Origin: Haliotis rufescens
Lineage: Eukaryota
Direction of reading: 5' to 3'
Assembly: GCF_023055435.1 (NCBI RefSeq)
Contig: NW_025963879.1
Location: 992,001 to 1,056,000 of the forward strand
Length of the DNA: 64,000 nt
Shown in pieces: positions 27,001-39,400 of the stretch. Position 1 is the first letter of the stretch; the number at the start of each line of letters is the position of its first letter. The notes below the pieces were generated by a model. That model saw only the letters and a list, made by a program, of their open reading frames with translations, ran no database searches and was not told the origin of the DNA. A program made the translations under genes and the position numbers.

Positions 27001-30000
27001 ATGTACTATTTATGCTAGCCTACGTCTAGAATGTACTATTTATGCTTTCTTATCATACTAACAGAATGATAATCAAACAAAAGTTTCATCTTCTCCATCA
27101 CAGAAGCTCCAGAAGCTAATCACCTTGGCAGCTGATGGCAGGATCCCCAGTGTATCCTGCGGGACACCCACAAGTATATGACCCTGGGTTGTCAATGCAC
27201 ACTGCGGGGGCCACACAGGTGTGGCTGCCGATGGCACACTCGTTGATGTCTGAAAGAGTGAGTGAGTTGGGTTTAACACCAGTTTGAACAGCTTTTTAAT
27301 TACAACAGCACGAGTCAGCTACCTGTGCAGGAACGTCCAAAGTTAAAAAAAAGGGTGGTGTACATTTACCGATTTGAAAACCAAATGCATTGGCATGGTT
27401 AAGAAAGCCCACGGACCATACACAGGATGCATTTAGGAATTAAACCGATGATCAGAGCGGCGAACTTATGATGATCGTTTAACACTGACTGCCATGCTAA
27501 AAAGCTGGTTTCAAGTGATTTATATGTTCTGTGTATCTGGATTAAACAGTATCCTTATATCCTCCAATATGTTTTAACAACATGTTTATGCATGTTCAAA
27601 TATACCTTGGCTTCTCCGATATTGTTGAGCAACTAGCTCCCTATAAAGTGATCATGAGTATGTGATAATAGTGTGTGTCCGCCTATAGCAATGTTCCAGC
27701 AACATGCCAACACCCCAGAAAGGAGCTTTACACATTGCACGCTAGACTAACATTTACTCCCAGTCTCTTATTTATAAATATATATTTACAAAAAGAAAAG
27801 AAAATCCAAATAGAGCCCATAACAATGCTTAATTTCAGTTGAGGCAATCTAGACTTGAGGTGGGGTCATTTCTGAATATAATCTCTAAGGTTTGGGAGAA
27901 AGACTAACTGCACTAACTGTTTCCCTATATAGGTGACTAATTACACACTACATAGTTCACATATTGGTTCTTTTCTTACTGATGCAAAAGGTGCCAGAGC
28001 CGGTGTAACCAGAGTTGCAGGTACACGTGAAGGAGCCTACGGTGTTGTCGCACCGAGCGTTGCTGTCGCAGCCACCGTTGTTGGTACCACATTCGTTTAA
28101 ATCTGAAAATCGATTTTATTGTTGCATTAATATTATACATGTAGCCCCTGTGAACCAGAGCTACCCTGAACAGGTAGAAATTGAAATTGTTGAATATGAA
28201 TATGTTGATTGGGAAATTGGCAAACCAATCTCTAGTTCGCGTGCGTGCGTGTGTGCGCGTGTGCGTGTGCATATATATGTACCTATAACACAATGGTAGC
28301 AGGGTAGGATCAAATGCAAAATATTCATACACTTCTTAACAAATCTTTTCAAAGTAATGTTTTAAAACATGAATTTACATGACACTTATCAGTGTGTCAC
28401 GCAACTATGTTACAATCTAATGTACGGTCTCTCTACAAAACGACGCTTTTATATATAAAACAAGAAATGAACATACAGTAAGTCGAGGAGGGGAACATTA
28501 GGGAAGATGTGGCTGAGGTGAAATGGGGTTTAACGTCGCGTCCAAGATTATTGCACTTATATAGCGACGTGTATGTACGTGTGTGTGTTTGTGTGGCTGC
28601 TTGTACTAGTCCGGACTGATGCCGATTTATAGTGCTAGCTCACTGAGATACCATGCCGCAGTTTAACATGAATACCCCACTCAGACACAGTATACTGACT
28701 CCGAGCCGATCAGTCCTTGTTTTCTCCCCTTAATGCCGAGCGCCAGACAGGGTAACAACAAGTACCATCTTTTCCCGTATTGGTATGACGCGGTCGGGGA
28801 TCGAACCCCGGACCTTCCGCTCTCCGGGCAGATGCTTTACCACTAGACCACGAAGGCTCTCGCTTGGGAAATAACGGATTTTAGACACTCGTGTCGTGAA
28901 CATACTGTGCCATGAACACTCATATGCTACCCTCTTTATGTGTTGTGACCGGAGAGAGTGAGTGAGTATGGTTTTACGCCGCTTTTAGCAATATTCCAGC
29001 AATATCACGGCGGGGGACACCAGAAAATGGGCTTCACACATTGTACCCATGTCGGGAATTGAACCCGGGTCTTCGGCGTGACGAGCTAACGCTTTAACCA
29101 CTAGGCTACCCGACCGCCCCTTGTGACTGGAGTGAGGGGGTTTGGTATACAGTATTTCAGTCATACAACAGCGTTTCAGCTTGACGTTGGAGGAAGCTCA
29201 TCGTGGTGCAGATCTTAAAGGTTTACCACCTTCTGAAACCACGGGTATGTTGTTGAAAGCGAAAGAGGGCGAATCAGGTACTCCAACACAGGACCATAGG
29301 TTTCTTCACGCCAAAGGTACGCGAGTCAGACAACTGGTAGACACGGCTGGGAGCGAGCCCTTGATAGCATATAATTTTACTGTGTTCCCTTTTTCATTTC
29401 CATCATTATATTATGTATGGGGTGATCCTTTACCTGTACATCCAACAAAGCCATTTCCAGTATAACCTGGCAGACAATCGCAAGTGTAGGAACCAGCCGT
29501 ATTGGAACAGACAGAGTTTGCTTGACAGGTGTCAGTGTTGGCCGCACATTCATTAATATCTGAAACAAGGCAGGGTGTAAAGCATCACCAGTAGATACAT
29601 TCCGAGGGTTTTATACAAACAGATCTAAATTACCTTCACGTTTTGTCATGACGGGGATACCGTCCAGGTATATTCGGGCAGTCCGTACATAATCGAGTCT
29701 GGACAAGACAATACCGTGATTGACATCATGAGCATGAGATGATGACATGTATCAACCAAGTCAGCTAGACTCACCACCCGAACCAGTTAGTCGCCTCTCA
29801 TGACAAGCAATGGTTGCTTAAGAACGAATATTCACGGAGACTGTGCATGTGGACTACATGTGCTAACTATGGCAAAACTGAATATTCATTGGTATTCATA
29901 AAAAGCCTACCCTAGCAGACAGACCAAGCACCATGACAGCGTCGAATTTCGAAAACGCGACCAGTGGATCCTGGTAAAACTAAGGGAGGTAACAGAATCA

Positions 30001-33000
30001 TAAAAAACACACATTCTTTTTTTTTAAGTTAAACACGATTCAATGTGTAACATCAAGCTTCTAAGACAAAATTACCTGTGCAAGCTATGGTCGGAGTGCC
30101 TGTGTATCCGTTCGGACATGCGCAGGAGAAGGAACCAATGGTGTTGGTACATACAGCGTCTGTGCCACAGTTGTCAGTACCAGAAAGACATTCGTTGTTG
30201 TCTGAAAACGTGTTCCCAAATATTTATTGATCAGCCTTTCTAAATCAGTTTTGTGTAAACTAATACTAATGAGATGTGCTTGGGTAGCCTATTGGTTAAA
30301 GAGCTCGCTCGTCACGCCGAAGGTCCGGGTTCGATTCCCCACAAGGCTCCACTGCAAAATTCTGGTTTCCCCCGCCGTGACATTGCTCGAATATTGCTAA
30401 TTGCGACGTAAAACCATACTCACTCCCACTCGCAAATGTACATGTATCTTACTCTCTAATTTCACCAAGTCAGTCAAACAGATTGTCTTCTTAGTATGTT
30501 AAACCTCTGCCTTGGAAAACTACCATCGAGTCAGTTGTTGATACAAGAAGACAACTCGCGATGTTAAAAGTAAAACCACTACCCTGGCTAAATCAGCTCA
30601 TGTGTGCGAAATATTCAAACGAATCTAATAGACGTGTACAGTACTCTTTATTTGAATACTGTCCGTTGACCAGATCGTGGTATTGGTATTTTAAAACTCC
30701 AATTTTTATTACTGCCCTCAAAAAGTACACCGAGTCATCTGTAGAATCGATAAAACCTACATCGACATTTGATATAGAATTATGCCATGAGATAAGTTGA
30801 AAATCTACTACTCAAAAGAAATTCAAGAACACCCGATTTTCTATCATATGACTATAGTTGTTAATCTGTAATGGTCATGACATTAACTATAGTCATAGAA
30901 AATAAAATGTGTGTTCTTTAACTTCTTTTGAGCAGTATAAACATACCACATGACTTTTAAGTTAAATCATTTCGAAAATTATAAGCTGTTAAATGACTAA
31001 TGCCTTCACTTAACGCTATCGTCGCAAAGTTTAATTATTGCTGATTCTCTTCGGGTAGTATGTCCATTGCTTCAGCAGTGATATTCAAACAGTACGTACG
31101 ATCTTTGCAGAGTTTCGGTGAGTGTTTTCAGCCTAGAAGCGTTTGTAATTGTTCGGTCAAATTTATTTTTAAGTGTATTGCTTTCTTTTGCCCCGCATTT
31201 ATATGACAGCAGTCTGTACATAAACGAGTCTGTAACAGACATTCCAGTGATTGACATCGAGAGCATCTATCTACGTAGTGGAGATATGAGGACATGCATC
31301 AACCAAGTGAGCAAGTTTACCCGATCTCGGCACTTGCCTCTTACGACAAGCATGGGTTCCCTACATATACTGGAGGATAGTCATGCCTACAGGCATGTGA
31401 AAATAAACCTATTTATTATTGTCTTGAAATGGAGCATCAGCCGTTATGTCACCCTTAGGTGAAAGCAAATGATTGGTGTCGTTATATAATTTAGCTAGTG
31501 TTTCTATCTTACCTGTGCAGCTGAATCCATTACCGGTGAAGCCAGTGTTGCAGGTGCAGGTGAAGGAACCAACAGTGTTGTCGCACCTAGCGTTGCCGTC
31601 ACAGCCACCGTTGTTGGTAGCACATTCGTTTACATCTGAAAATCGATTTTACTGTTGCATTTGTCTCACACAGAGTAAACCGTGAGTGAGTTGGGTTTAA
31701 CGCCGCTTTTAACTTTATTCCAGTTATATCACGGCGTGTCAGCTTAATGTGGGAGGAAATCCCGATGTGATTGAGATCTCAGACGTTTACCACTTCGGTG
31801 AATCCCACGAGCATGGGTATGATGCTGACAAACCTAGAAACATAATAGGGGCGAACTGGGATTCGAACCCACAATCATAGGTTTTCTGCAGTCCCTAAGG
31901 GACGCAACTCTGCACAGCGAATCGCCTTAGACGACTGGGCCCATGGTGCCCACAATTTGATATTGATTCATAAACACGTTTAATATATTGTCAGAATAGT
32001 ACACTGGACTCTCCTTCTATTTAGTTCACAAAAAGCGGATGGGCTATCATATCAAACCTGTGTCAATCAATCACTGTATTCAACCTATTAATGCAATAGC
32101 TGAAATAATGTTTTCTCGTAACCATCACAACGAAAACCATCATACCAAAGCAAAGTCAAGAATATCATTCTAATAATGCTTTGTAATCTACATGTCTCAG
32201 CAAATGTTGGTGTTGTCATATAATTCTGCTATCGTTTGTATCTTACCTGTGCAGCTGAATCCATTACCGGTGAAGCCAGTGTTGCAGGTGCAGACGAAGG
32301 AACCAACAGTGTTGTCGCACCGAGCGTTACTGTCACAGCCACCGTTGTTGGTAGCACACTCGTTTGTATCTGAAAATCGATTTTATTGCTGAATTAATCG
32401 TAAACATGTAGCCCTGTAAACTGGAGAAAATCTAACGTCGTTAATTGGTTTTTTTGTTTTACGCCGTAGTAGCAATGAAAAAAGGTTATATTACGTCGAC
32501 ATGTTATTAATGCGAGCCAGGCAAACCAGTGGTTGGCCACCATTGTGACTTTAGCGTACTAGGTTTACGGTATTCGTTATTGTTGACGATCGGCGAATCT
32601 CAATGCAAACTACGATGTACCCATGAAACAGGTAAGATTGAGAAACCAGTTGCTTTCAGCTTGGAAACACCTGTATGAACCAAATCAGCTAGAACACGTG
32701 AATGAATGTGCAGCGAATGGTTCTCACGACCAAAAGCCGAAAGAATTTACCAGTTCGAGAGCAAGACCTTGATCTCGTCAGTCTGCGACTGATTTTTATC
32801 GGATGAGATGGATACAAAATGCATTGTTTTGGCACCATAAATGAGCCCTCAATCATTCTACAATCGTACTGTGACCAATTGACCTACCAACACAAGTCTT
32901 TCCGTCACCCGTGAAACCGGCGTTACAAGCGCAGGTGAAAGATCCAATGGTGTTTGAGCAGGTTGCTTGACCGTGACAGTCGTGGGTATTGAGGGTACAC

Positions 33001-36000
33001 TCGTCATCATCTGAAACATACCATTTGGTTATAGCGGGTAGTTCAAGCTTACAAATGGCGTGTAAACGGATATTAAAAATAGTGTTTTCAGTCAATGCTT
33101 CGAACGAGGTATTGACACGCATTTCCTCTCTGTGAAAGGGACAACCACAAGTATGTTTTTTCTAAACATTTGTTTTTAGGACATCCACTAGACTTTGCTG
33201 TTTTGGGGTTAAAACTGAGGTAAAATATTTTATTTCCATATGATTCTCAAACATTGTTTTTTTAATTCAAAAGATCTCACACCCTTTCAGAATATCAAGT
33301 TGTCGGTCCGTACGTTGACCCTTCATGACACAACACGTTTAAGGGGAGGATTCGGGATTTCAAAAAGGTGATGGTGCACCATTCCCCAAAATATGAAAGA
33401 ACTGATACACCAAACAAAGGAGGATGTTCATCTCTTGAAACCTCCTCATTTTCGGAATCCTCCAATGTTCTTATTTTATTTTAGATACCACATGAACAAA
33501 TGCCACATTAATATTATGTGATTATATATTTGCTGGTAACAGTTTTGTACCAGTGCTTTATTACTCTTTCTCAGTATGGACATCTTGTAGTTCTTAAAGT
33601 TGTAAATGTTGTTCCAATAACTGTTGAGCGTAGTTTTTGCAGAAAAAAATGGTAGTTGTCGCAGCTGTCGACGTGATGGTCGCCGCGACGTTGTGTTCAC
33701 TTACCTATCTGTATGCAACATATTCCAGTATAACAAAGGAGGTAATTGTTGCCTCCTGGCGGATCTGATGTCCAACCCGTCGGACAAACACTGGCATAGC
33801 ACTTTCTTGCTGAGTTCGAGACTTGGCATTCTGAAACAAGTCATCAAAGGTATGTTATATTGTACTGAAGGCGTTTTCTATTTTTGGCACACATGAAAAG
33901 CCAAGAGCCTGTAACATTGACATCCTTCATTGAAAATAAATCTGTTTTAGCTATTTATATATTAGTTTGTATTTTTAATCAAATATCCTTATTCATGTCT
34001 TTTGAATACTGTCATTTATATAAAATTGCACCTTGCATCTACATATGTATATGGATAAAGAAACCTTACCTAACTTTATTACGGTTTTATTACGGTTTTC
34101 AAGGCATGAAAATATTGTCATTTTGCGTGTATGTACCAATGTCATCCTTTAAAATATTTATTAATAAGTATTTATTGCGACAAAGGGAAATTGAGATATT
34201 CGGTATTTATACTGAATAATTTATTTATTCAAAAAAATACTTTTAATATATGCTTATTGTCTAACCGTATAATTCGTATTGTCTTGTTTTGACTGCCGTC
34301 CCACTCTGGTATTTTTCTTTGGTAATGATATACAAAGTCCCAAGTTTATAGTACCCGCATATGTTTCAAGTAAATATTTCATTTGACATTTGTCTTCTCT
34401 CTTTTTCTAAATGTCCGTAAGAAAACATTATGTTAAAATCACTGGTCACTGTGAAGAGTGTTTCCGGACAACTGGCTATATTGAATTAAAAAACGACGTA
34501 ATCATTGAAAATTATGTCCAGCTTCGTAAGATTATTCCGGAACACAATTTGATGAAGCGATTTGTATAGATGAATAAATAATTATGATAATAGCGGATAG
34601 AGCAACACTTCTGGATGATCTCAAATGTTTTCGTAATAATCGTTTTTGGACGTTGACACATTTATAATTATACCCCTCTCTAATTCAAAGTATATTCTAT
34701 TTTTACTTGGGCCTCGTGTCACAGTTTTTTTTAGGTAAACAATTGTGTTGCCTTTGCATGTGTTTACGAAAGGGTGCCAGCGGTCGGGCAGGAACTGCTC
34801 ACTTTTTCGCGAACTCCTGGTATCATCTATTTGATAGTGATTCATAACCACATTCTCATGATATGGTCGGAATCATACAGTGGACTCTTCTGTTATCAGA
34901 TATTTCTTATGATTATGGAAAGAGTGTTGTCGCATATATTTATATTAAGTCAGTCATGACACATATCAATCAGCGGTATCAATAAGGAAGGATTCCACGT
35001 TTAAAGAACAAGAACACATACATAGCTCAACTTCTTCTATGAAAGAAGAGACATTTGCATATAATAAAACACAGATGTCACAAAACGCTTGTGTGACTGC
35101 TCAAGAGACGAGTTCATATACTAGTTCGAAAACATTTCTTGACGTGAGATCATTTAATGACAAGACACTTCCAATAATACCACAGCCAAATGTGGCTATA
35201 AAGATTTATGTATGAAAAGAAAAGCCCCTAATAAAATGTATCTTAAAAAGAAGTCCACGTGTTATCAAAGAAAGGCTCCAGTTCGTATTACTATTCATAA
35301 ATGTCGAAATACACACGAAGTAAATATTCATCATCTTAATTATTTACATTCTCGTTGTGTTAGATGTTACCAAGCATATTCAAATACGATGGGAGAGGTG
35401 TGTGTGTGTGTACTCTAAGGGCGACTTACTTCGCCGCCTCTCGGCATAAAGGTTTCAGTCAGACGTGAAATGTTTGAACAAGAAGATACCACCCTCTTCA
35501 CGCAGGTGACTACGTTCAAGTACCTTTTACCATAACGTTAAGATGATGTTTTCTAAAGACCTAGAACTGTCACTGAAATGCTCCCATGAGAACCCTAAAA
35601 TGATCTGAATTAACTTTATCCGCATCGCTGTAATATCCTTAACCCAAGTAACTTAAGAAACATGAATAATCCAAATATTGCAGTGGTTTTGGTACAGAAA
35701 TTGGTATAGCATAATTATTATGGACAAATGTATGATATAAACGGTTAACATTAAAGTTATCCTGGCTGACAGGTCATTGAATACATCCCAATACATCGAT
35801 AATTCATCGATAATTATCACTTTTTGTAAAATATTCTGAAACATCGTTTAATCTTTTAACCAGTTGCTATAATGATTTAGCCACTTTATCATCGCATTCG
35901 GGAACAATAATATGTTTTTACTTACATTGACTTTAAGCCGATAAAGTATCCTTCTTAAATAGACCATTACGATTGTTTTCTCTTAAATAATATCTATCAT

Positions 36001-37908
36001 ATTCCATTACACTCAGAGTTTTGCATTTATAAAATGTATATATAACAATGTATATGTGTCATAACATTATTCTTTGTCGTTAAAAAAATTATTGAATTCA
36101 TATATTTTTCGAAGGTTATTACAGAATGTCTGCAAATGTATATGTTACAGTCAATGTTTAAAATCAGTCAATGTTTATAAATTGCCTGATTTTACAAATT
36201 GACTTTAATATCTGTTATACGTATCGATTTCTCTTGAAGTGATACGATCTGGTGCCTATTACGTGTAGTTCTGGTTAAATGTATGTTCTGTACATGTATG
36301 CACGCACCGCAAACAATTCGGATTCTCTTGAAGAGACAAAGCAAAATATATGGTGCCTATTACGCGTATTTCTGGTTATATCGGAGTGTCTGTATGTATG
36401 CACGCACCGCAAACAATTCGGATTCTCTTGAAGAGACAAAGCAAAATATATGGTGCCTATTACGCGTATTTCTGGTTATATCGGAGTGTCTGTATGTATG
36501 CACGCACCGCAAACAATTCGGATTCTCTTGAAGAGACAAAGCAAAATATATGGTGCCTATTACGCGTATTTCTGGTTATATCGGAGTGTCTGTATGTATG
36601 CACGCACCGCAAACAATTCGGATTCTCTTGAAGAGACAAAGCAAAATATATGGTGCCTATTACGCGTATTTCTGGTTATATCGGAGTGTCTGTATGTATG
36701 CACGCACCGCAAACAATTCGGATTCTCTTGAAGAGACAAAGCACAATATCTGGTGCCTATTACGCGTATTTCTGGTTATATCGGAGTGTATGTATGTATG
36801 CACGCACCGCAAACAATTCGGATTCTCTTGAAGAGACAAAGCAAAATATATGGTGCCTATTACGCGTATTTCTGGTTATATCGGGGTGTCTGTACATGTA
36901 TGCACGCACCGCAAACAATTCGGATTCTCTTGAAGAGATAAAGCTAAAAATCTGGTGCAAAATTCCATGTATTTCTGGTTATATCGGAGTGTCTGTACAT
37001 GTATGCACGCACCGCAAACATATGCAGTTCACGAATAATTAGGGTAGTCATTAACTAATAGATTTATGTTCTTGATTTAATTTGAGTTAAGAAAAAATAT
37101 AATTTGAATGGCTCAATTGAAACCTGCTAGTACAATGACTTATCTCGAACCTAGCCTCCCTTTGAACTATGTTATTAATATGATGACATCAATAATCTTA
37201 ATAACCGTGTGTAAAGTATCTATTCATTTTCATATTTGGATAATGACTAGCCAAACAAAATTTCTTAGACATCATCTTTTTATTACAATGGTGTAGCCAG
37301 ACTGTCTTCAAAATCACACGTTTTGTGTGATCATTTTAAAGAAACCTTTCACAGGGTTCTGAAATCGTACATATTATACATACATTAATCAATATAGTTT
37401 ACGTTGATTAAAATGAAAAATACCATTAGATGTATTTTAATAAATATATAGTCTTTGACGCCATACTGTCGACGCTCTTTAGACGTTGAAGTGCGTAGTA
37501 AGTTCTTATTATATTTATCTTGGCATCACATGGGGAAAAGAATGTGAATACGTTGCTCTTCTAATTAACGTCTCATTAAGATTCATCAGAAGTGTTGTTT
37601 GTACTTGAAAAAAAAAAAATAACCAATTCTTATTTTGATTTAGCGTCATAACTCTGGATCGTGAGCATTGATGTATAGTAACATTTCGTGATAATACGAA
37701 AGCAGTTACAACCTGTAGTACATTTCAACTCCATTAACAGTTTGTAAGACTGACAAAATATCTGAACAAATTTTACTAAAGCACGCCAATAGTCAGTAAA
37801 GTACTCACCACTGACGCTCCACAGCATTTCCATGAGAGTCGCCGAGTTAACTACCGTTATAAAGACAAATAGCAGCCCGAAAACCTTTCCTGACATGACG
37901 GGCGCCAT
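15002..37908 (-). CDS. Gene B: secreted six-Cys (defensin/clip-like) domain + 13 calcium-binding EGF repeats + non-catalytic serine protease homologue, 921 aa, 20 coding exons
   Basis: Exons: 37809-37908 (signal peptide [22 protein letters not shown]); 33705-33830 ([38 protein letters not shown]); EGF exons 32888-33010, 32247-32369, 31513-31635, 30076-30201, 29434-29559, 27980-28102, 27124-27249, 25778-25900, 25127-25249, 24093-24215, 22657-22782, 21080-21199, 20186-20314; protease-like exons 19267-19492, 18880-19097, 18596-18745, 16330-16481, 15002-15181 ([20 protein letters not shown]). All introns are GT-AG and the joined 2766 nt are open. Triad positions H57>F, D102>S, S195>F. Confidence 0.88.
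16544..18425. repeat. 65-bp minisatellite, ~29 copies, in a gene B intron
   Basis: Unit GACACAATCAGCCAGGTCACACATTGTAACCATCCGATTCTCATTGATCGGCTCTACACACAAGA; period checked at 16611, 16676, 16741. Confidence 0.95.
20186..33010 (-). CDS. Array of 13 single-exon calcium-binding EGF domains of gene B
   Basis: Each 120-129 nt phase 1-1 exon reads (D/N)-x-(N/D)-E-C...C-x-(N/D)-x-x-G-(S/T)-(F/Y)-x-C-x-C-x-x-G-(F/Y)-x-G...C, the cbEGF consensus. Confidence 0.92.
21240..22112. repeat. 55-bp minisatellite, ~16 copies, in a gene B intron
   Basis: Unit CAGCGGCCAGTGTCTACCAATCATGTCTGTCAACACTAAACTAGCAAGGTTAAAA. Confidence 0.95.
22883..23230 (-). mobile_element. Full-length tRNA-derived V-domain SINE
   Basis: A box TGGTCTTGTGG, B box GGTTCGATCCC, V-like core GTCATACCAAAAGACGTTAAAAGATGGTACTTGTTGCT..GCATTAAGGG. 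Other copies at 28514-28858, 19663-19840, 40765-40816 + 42859-43140 and 58583-58727. Confidence 0.8.
24482..24588. mobile_element. PIF/Harbinger-like MITE
   Basis: TIR GGACCCGT(G/T)CCACAAAGCGATCTTAGCGCTA at both ends; 3-bp CTG duplication. Confidence 0.7.
26155..27052. repeat. 30-bp minisatellite, ~30 copies, in a gene B intron
   Basis: Unit TATTTATGCTTTCCTACGACTAGAATGTTC. Confidence 0.95.
28514..28858 (-). mobile_element. V-domain SINE copy
   Basis: Near-identical to 22883-23230. Confidence 0.8.
28955..29120 (-). mobile_element. SINE family 2 copy
   Basis: Full-length; flanked by the imperfect repeat TTGTGAC(C/T)GGAG. Confidence 0.85.
30807..30938. mobile_element. Tc1/mariner-type MITE
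   Basis: TIR ACT(A/G)CTCAAAAGAA..AAGAACAC with TA-rich flanks. A similar-type element lies at ~47828-48030. Confidence 0.6.
33705..33830 (-). CDS. Gene B exon 2: six-Cys module C-x8-C-x4-C-x16-C-x4-CC
   Basis: Phase 1-1 exon with acceptor tttcag and donor gtaagt; not present in the ORF track. Confidence 0.87.
   Translation of the reverse strand, partial: NAKSRTQQESAMPVFVRRVGHQIRQEATITSFVILEYVAYR
36225..37020. repeat. 100-bp tandem repeat, ~8 copies, in gene B intron 1
   Basis: The central copies are identical at a 100-nt period (e.g. 36301, 36401, 36501, 36601); the edges are diverged. Confidence 0.95.
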
Positions 37909-37926
37909 CTTGTTGTCTTGCTGTAC

Positions 37927-37957
37927 TGGAGGAACGCAAAGAACTAACCGTTATATA
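37927..37957 (-). promoter_or_regulatory. Core promoter of gene B (TATA + Inr-like)
   Basis: TATATAA at 37951-37957 on the minus strand; a CCAGT Inr-like A lies 30 nt downstream at 37927; ATG at 37908. Confidence 0.55.
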
Positions 37958-38299
37958 CTGAATTATATATATTCATTCAGCTTGATGCGCAAACAATGCG
38001 TCGTGAAGTTCAGGCTGGGTGGATTCCACCCTACTTAAACATCAACATTGAATAGAACTTGTTGGATTAAGCAAATGGGCATATGAGGTCATGAAGGGAG
38101 AAAAGGGCGGAAGGTGTAAAAGAGATCTCTACGCTAGAAACCTCCGCTTGAGGACCCTCTTTGTCAACAATGCGTTGACATATTGATGATGAAACATTTG
38201 TATATAATTCACAAATGTTATTACATTAGTGAACATGTTAATTGTAAGTTCATGACGTCTCGCATTCAGGTTTGCATAAAGTATCTCGTGTAAATTTAA

Positions 38300-39400
38300 G
38301 TACTCTGTATTGAAAGGTGTTTTACGTGGTGTTTTTCTGAATAGCTCCTGTCAATGAAAAGGTTTGGACGTGTTTCACAAGCCTATGTCAAACAACTGCA
38401 CAAAAGTCATGCATATAATAGATACCTGAGCAAGCAGTGATATTTAGTTTTCACAATGATAAATGTTAGGGTGTGGGGTTTGGCTGAAGAGCTTTGATAT
38501 GACGTCTCTGACGTGAGGGACTTGGGGAACAAGCCACAAAGTTGTACACTACCTGTAATAGTCGCGATGTTAGCCTGAGGTCGGACAATATGATGATGTT
38601 GCAATGAAACACCGTCTGACATATTTCACGTATTTGTCCATCACTGATTTCAAATGATTACGTCCTCATTCCTTGAACCATGGGACATTGATACCTAAAC
38701 GCGGTGACCACTGATGTAGTTACATCACTGTCTTAAAGGTTCAGTTCGAAAGTGGCATCTGATGGTGACTGGGAAAAGAGTATGTGAAATGCTGGGCTTC
38801 CTTCTTGGTAACATGTATGTACCATTCGGGGAAATGACATTTTGGCAAGGGGTAGGCATCCCCATGCGCACCAGTTGTGCTCCCCTATATTTCTTTATGC
38901 CAATTAATCGGATTGTGTGCTCACACACAAGGGGATTTGGTCTAGATGTGTAACCTATGATTCAAGCATTTCGATGATATAATATCGTTCAAAATTGATC
39001 AAATAGCCAATTTCTTTTCCACTAAATTTCCTGAACTAGAAATGAAAGTGACCAGTGAAACATCCTCTTCTGTTTCATATTTAGATCTGTGCATACAATT
39101 CAGAATGACAAAAAACTATGCACAGTAAGAGAAAAGGGATGACGTCAACTGTTCCCTTATGTCGAGCAATAATTCCAGTACCTCAAGCCTTTGTATGCGT
39201 GAACTTCCCGACATAATTCCATAGTGCCTCGTCTTAATATTATAATAAGCTACAAATATATATTGGCATCTCGTAACTTCAAATAATATTGTTCTTGGCC
39301 ATGGCTTCATAATTTTAGGCTAGAACCTGATTGTCTTTGTTTGCGTAAACGTTTACTCATTGTAAGAATTGAACCTTTATACAAGACCTTTGATAATAAC
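38300..39400 (+). mobile_element. Decayed Penelope-like element reverse transcriptase fragment
   Basis: MLGFLLGNMYVPFG..QGVGIPMRTSCAPL and FPELEMKVTSETSSSVSYLDL resemble the PLE RT motifs GIPMGTNCAP and YPxELxIKxT..SYLDL; frameshifted; boundaries approximate. Confidence 0.7.

Noticed and set aside
20186-33010. Fibrillin/Notch/uromodulin-type gene call for the EGF array
   Set aside because: No TB, LNR, ZP or transmembrane exons were found. The phases link the array to a six-Cys exon upstream and a pseudo-protease downstream.
38017-38031. NF-kB-like site upstream of gene B (GGGTGGATTCCACC) and GGGAATGTTG upstream of gene A
   Set aside because: Poor fit to GGGRNWYYCC and not shared among the three promoters; chance occurrence is likely.
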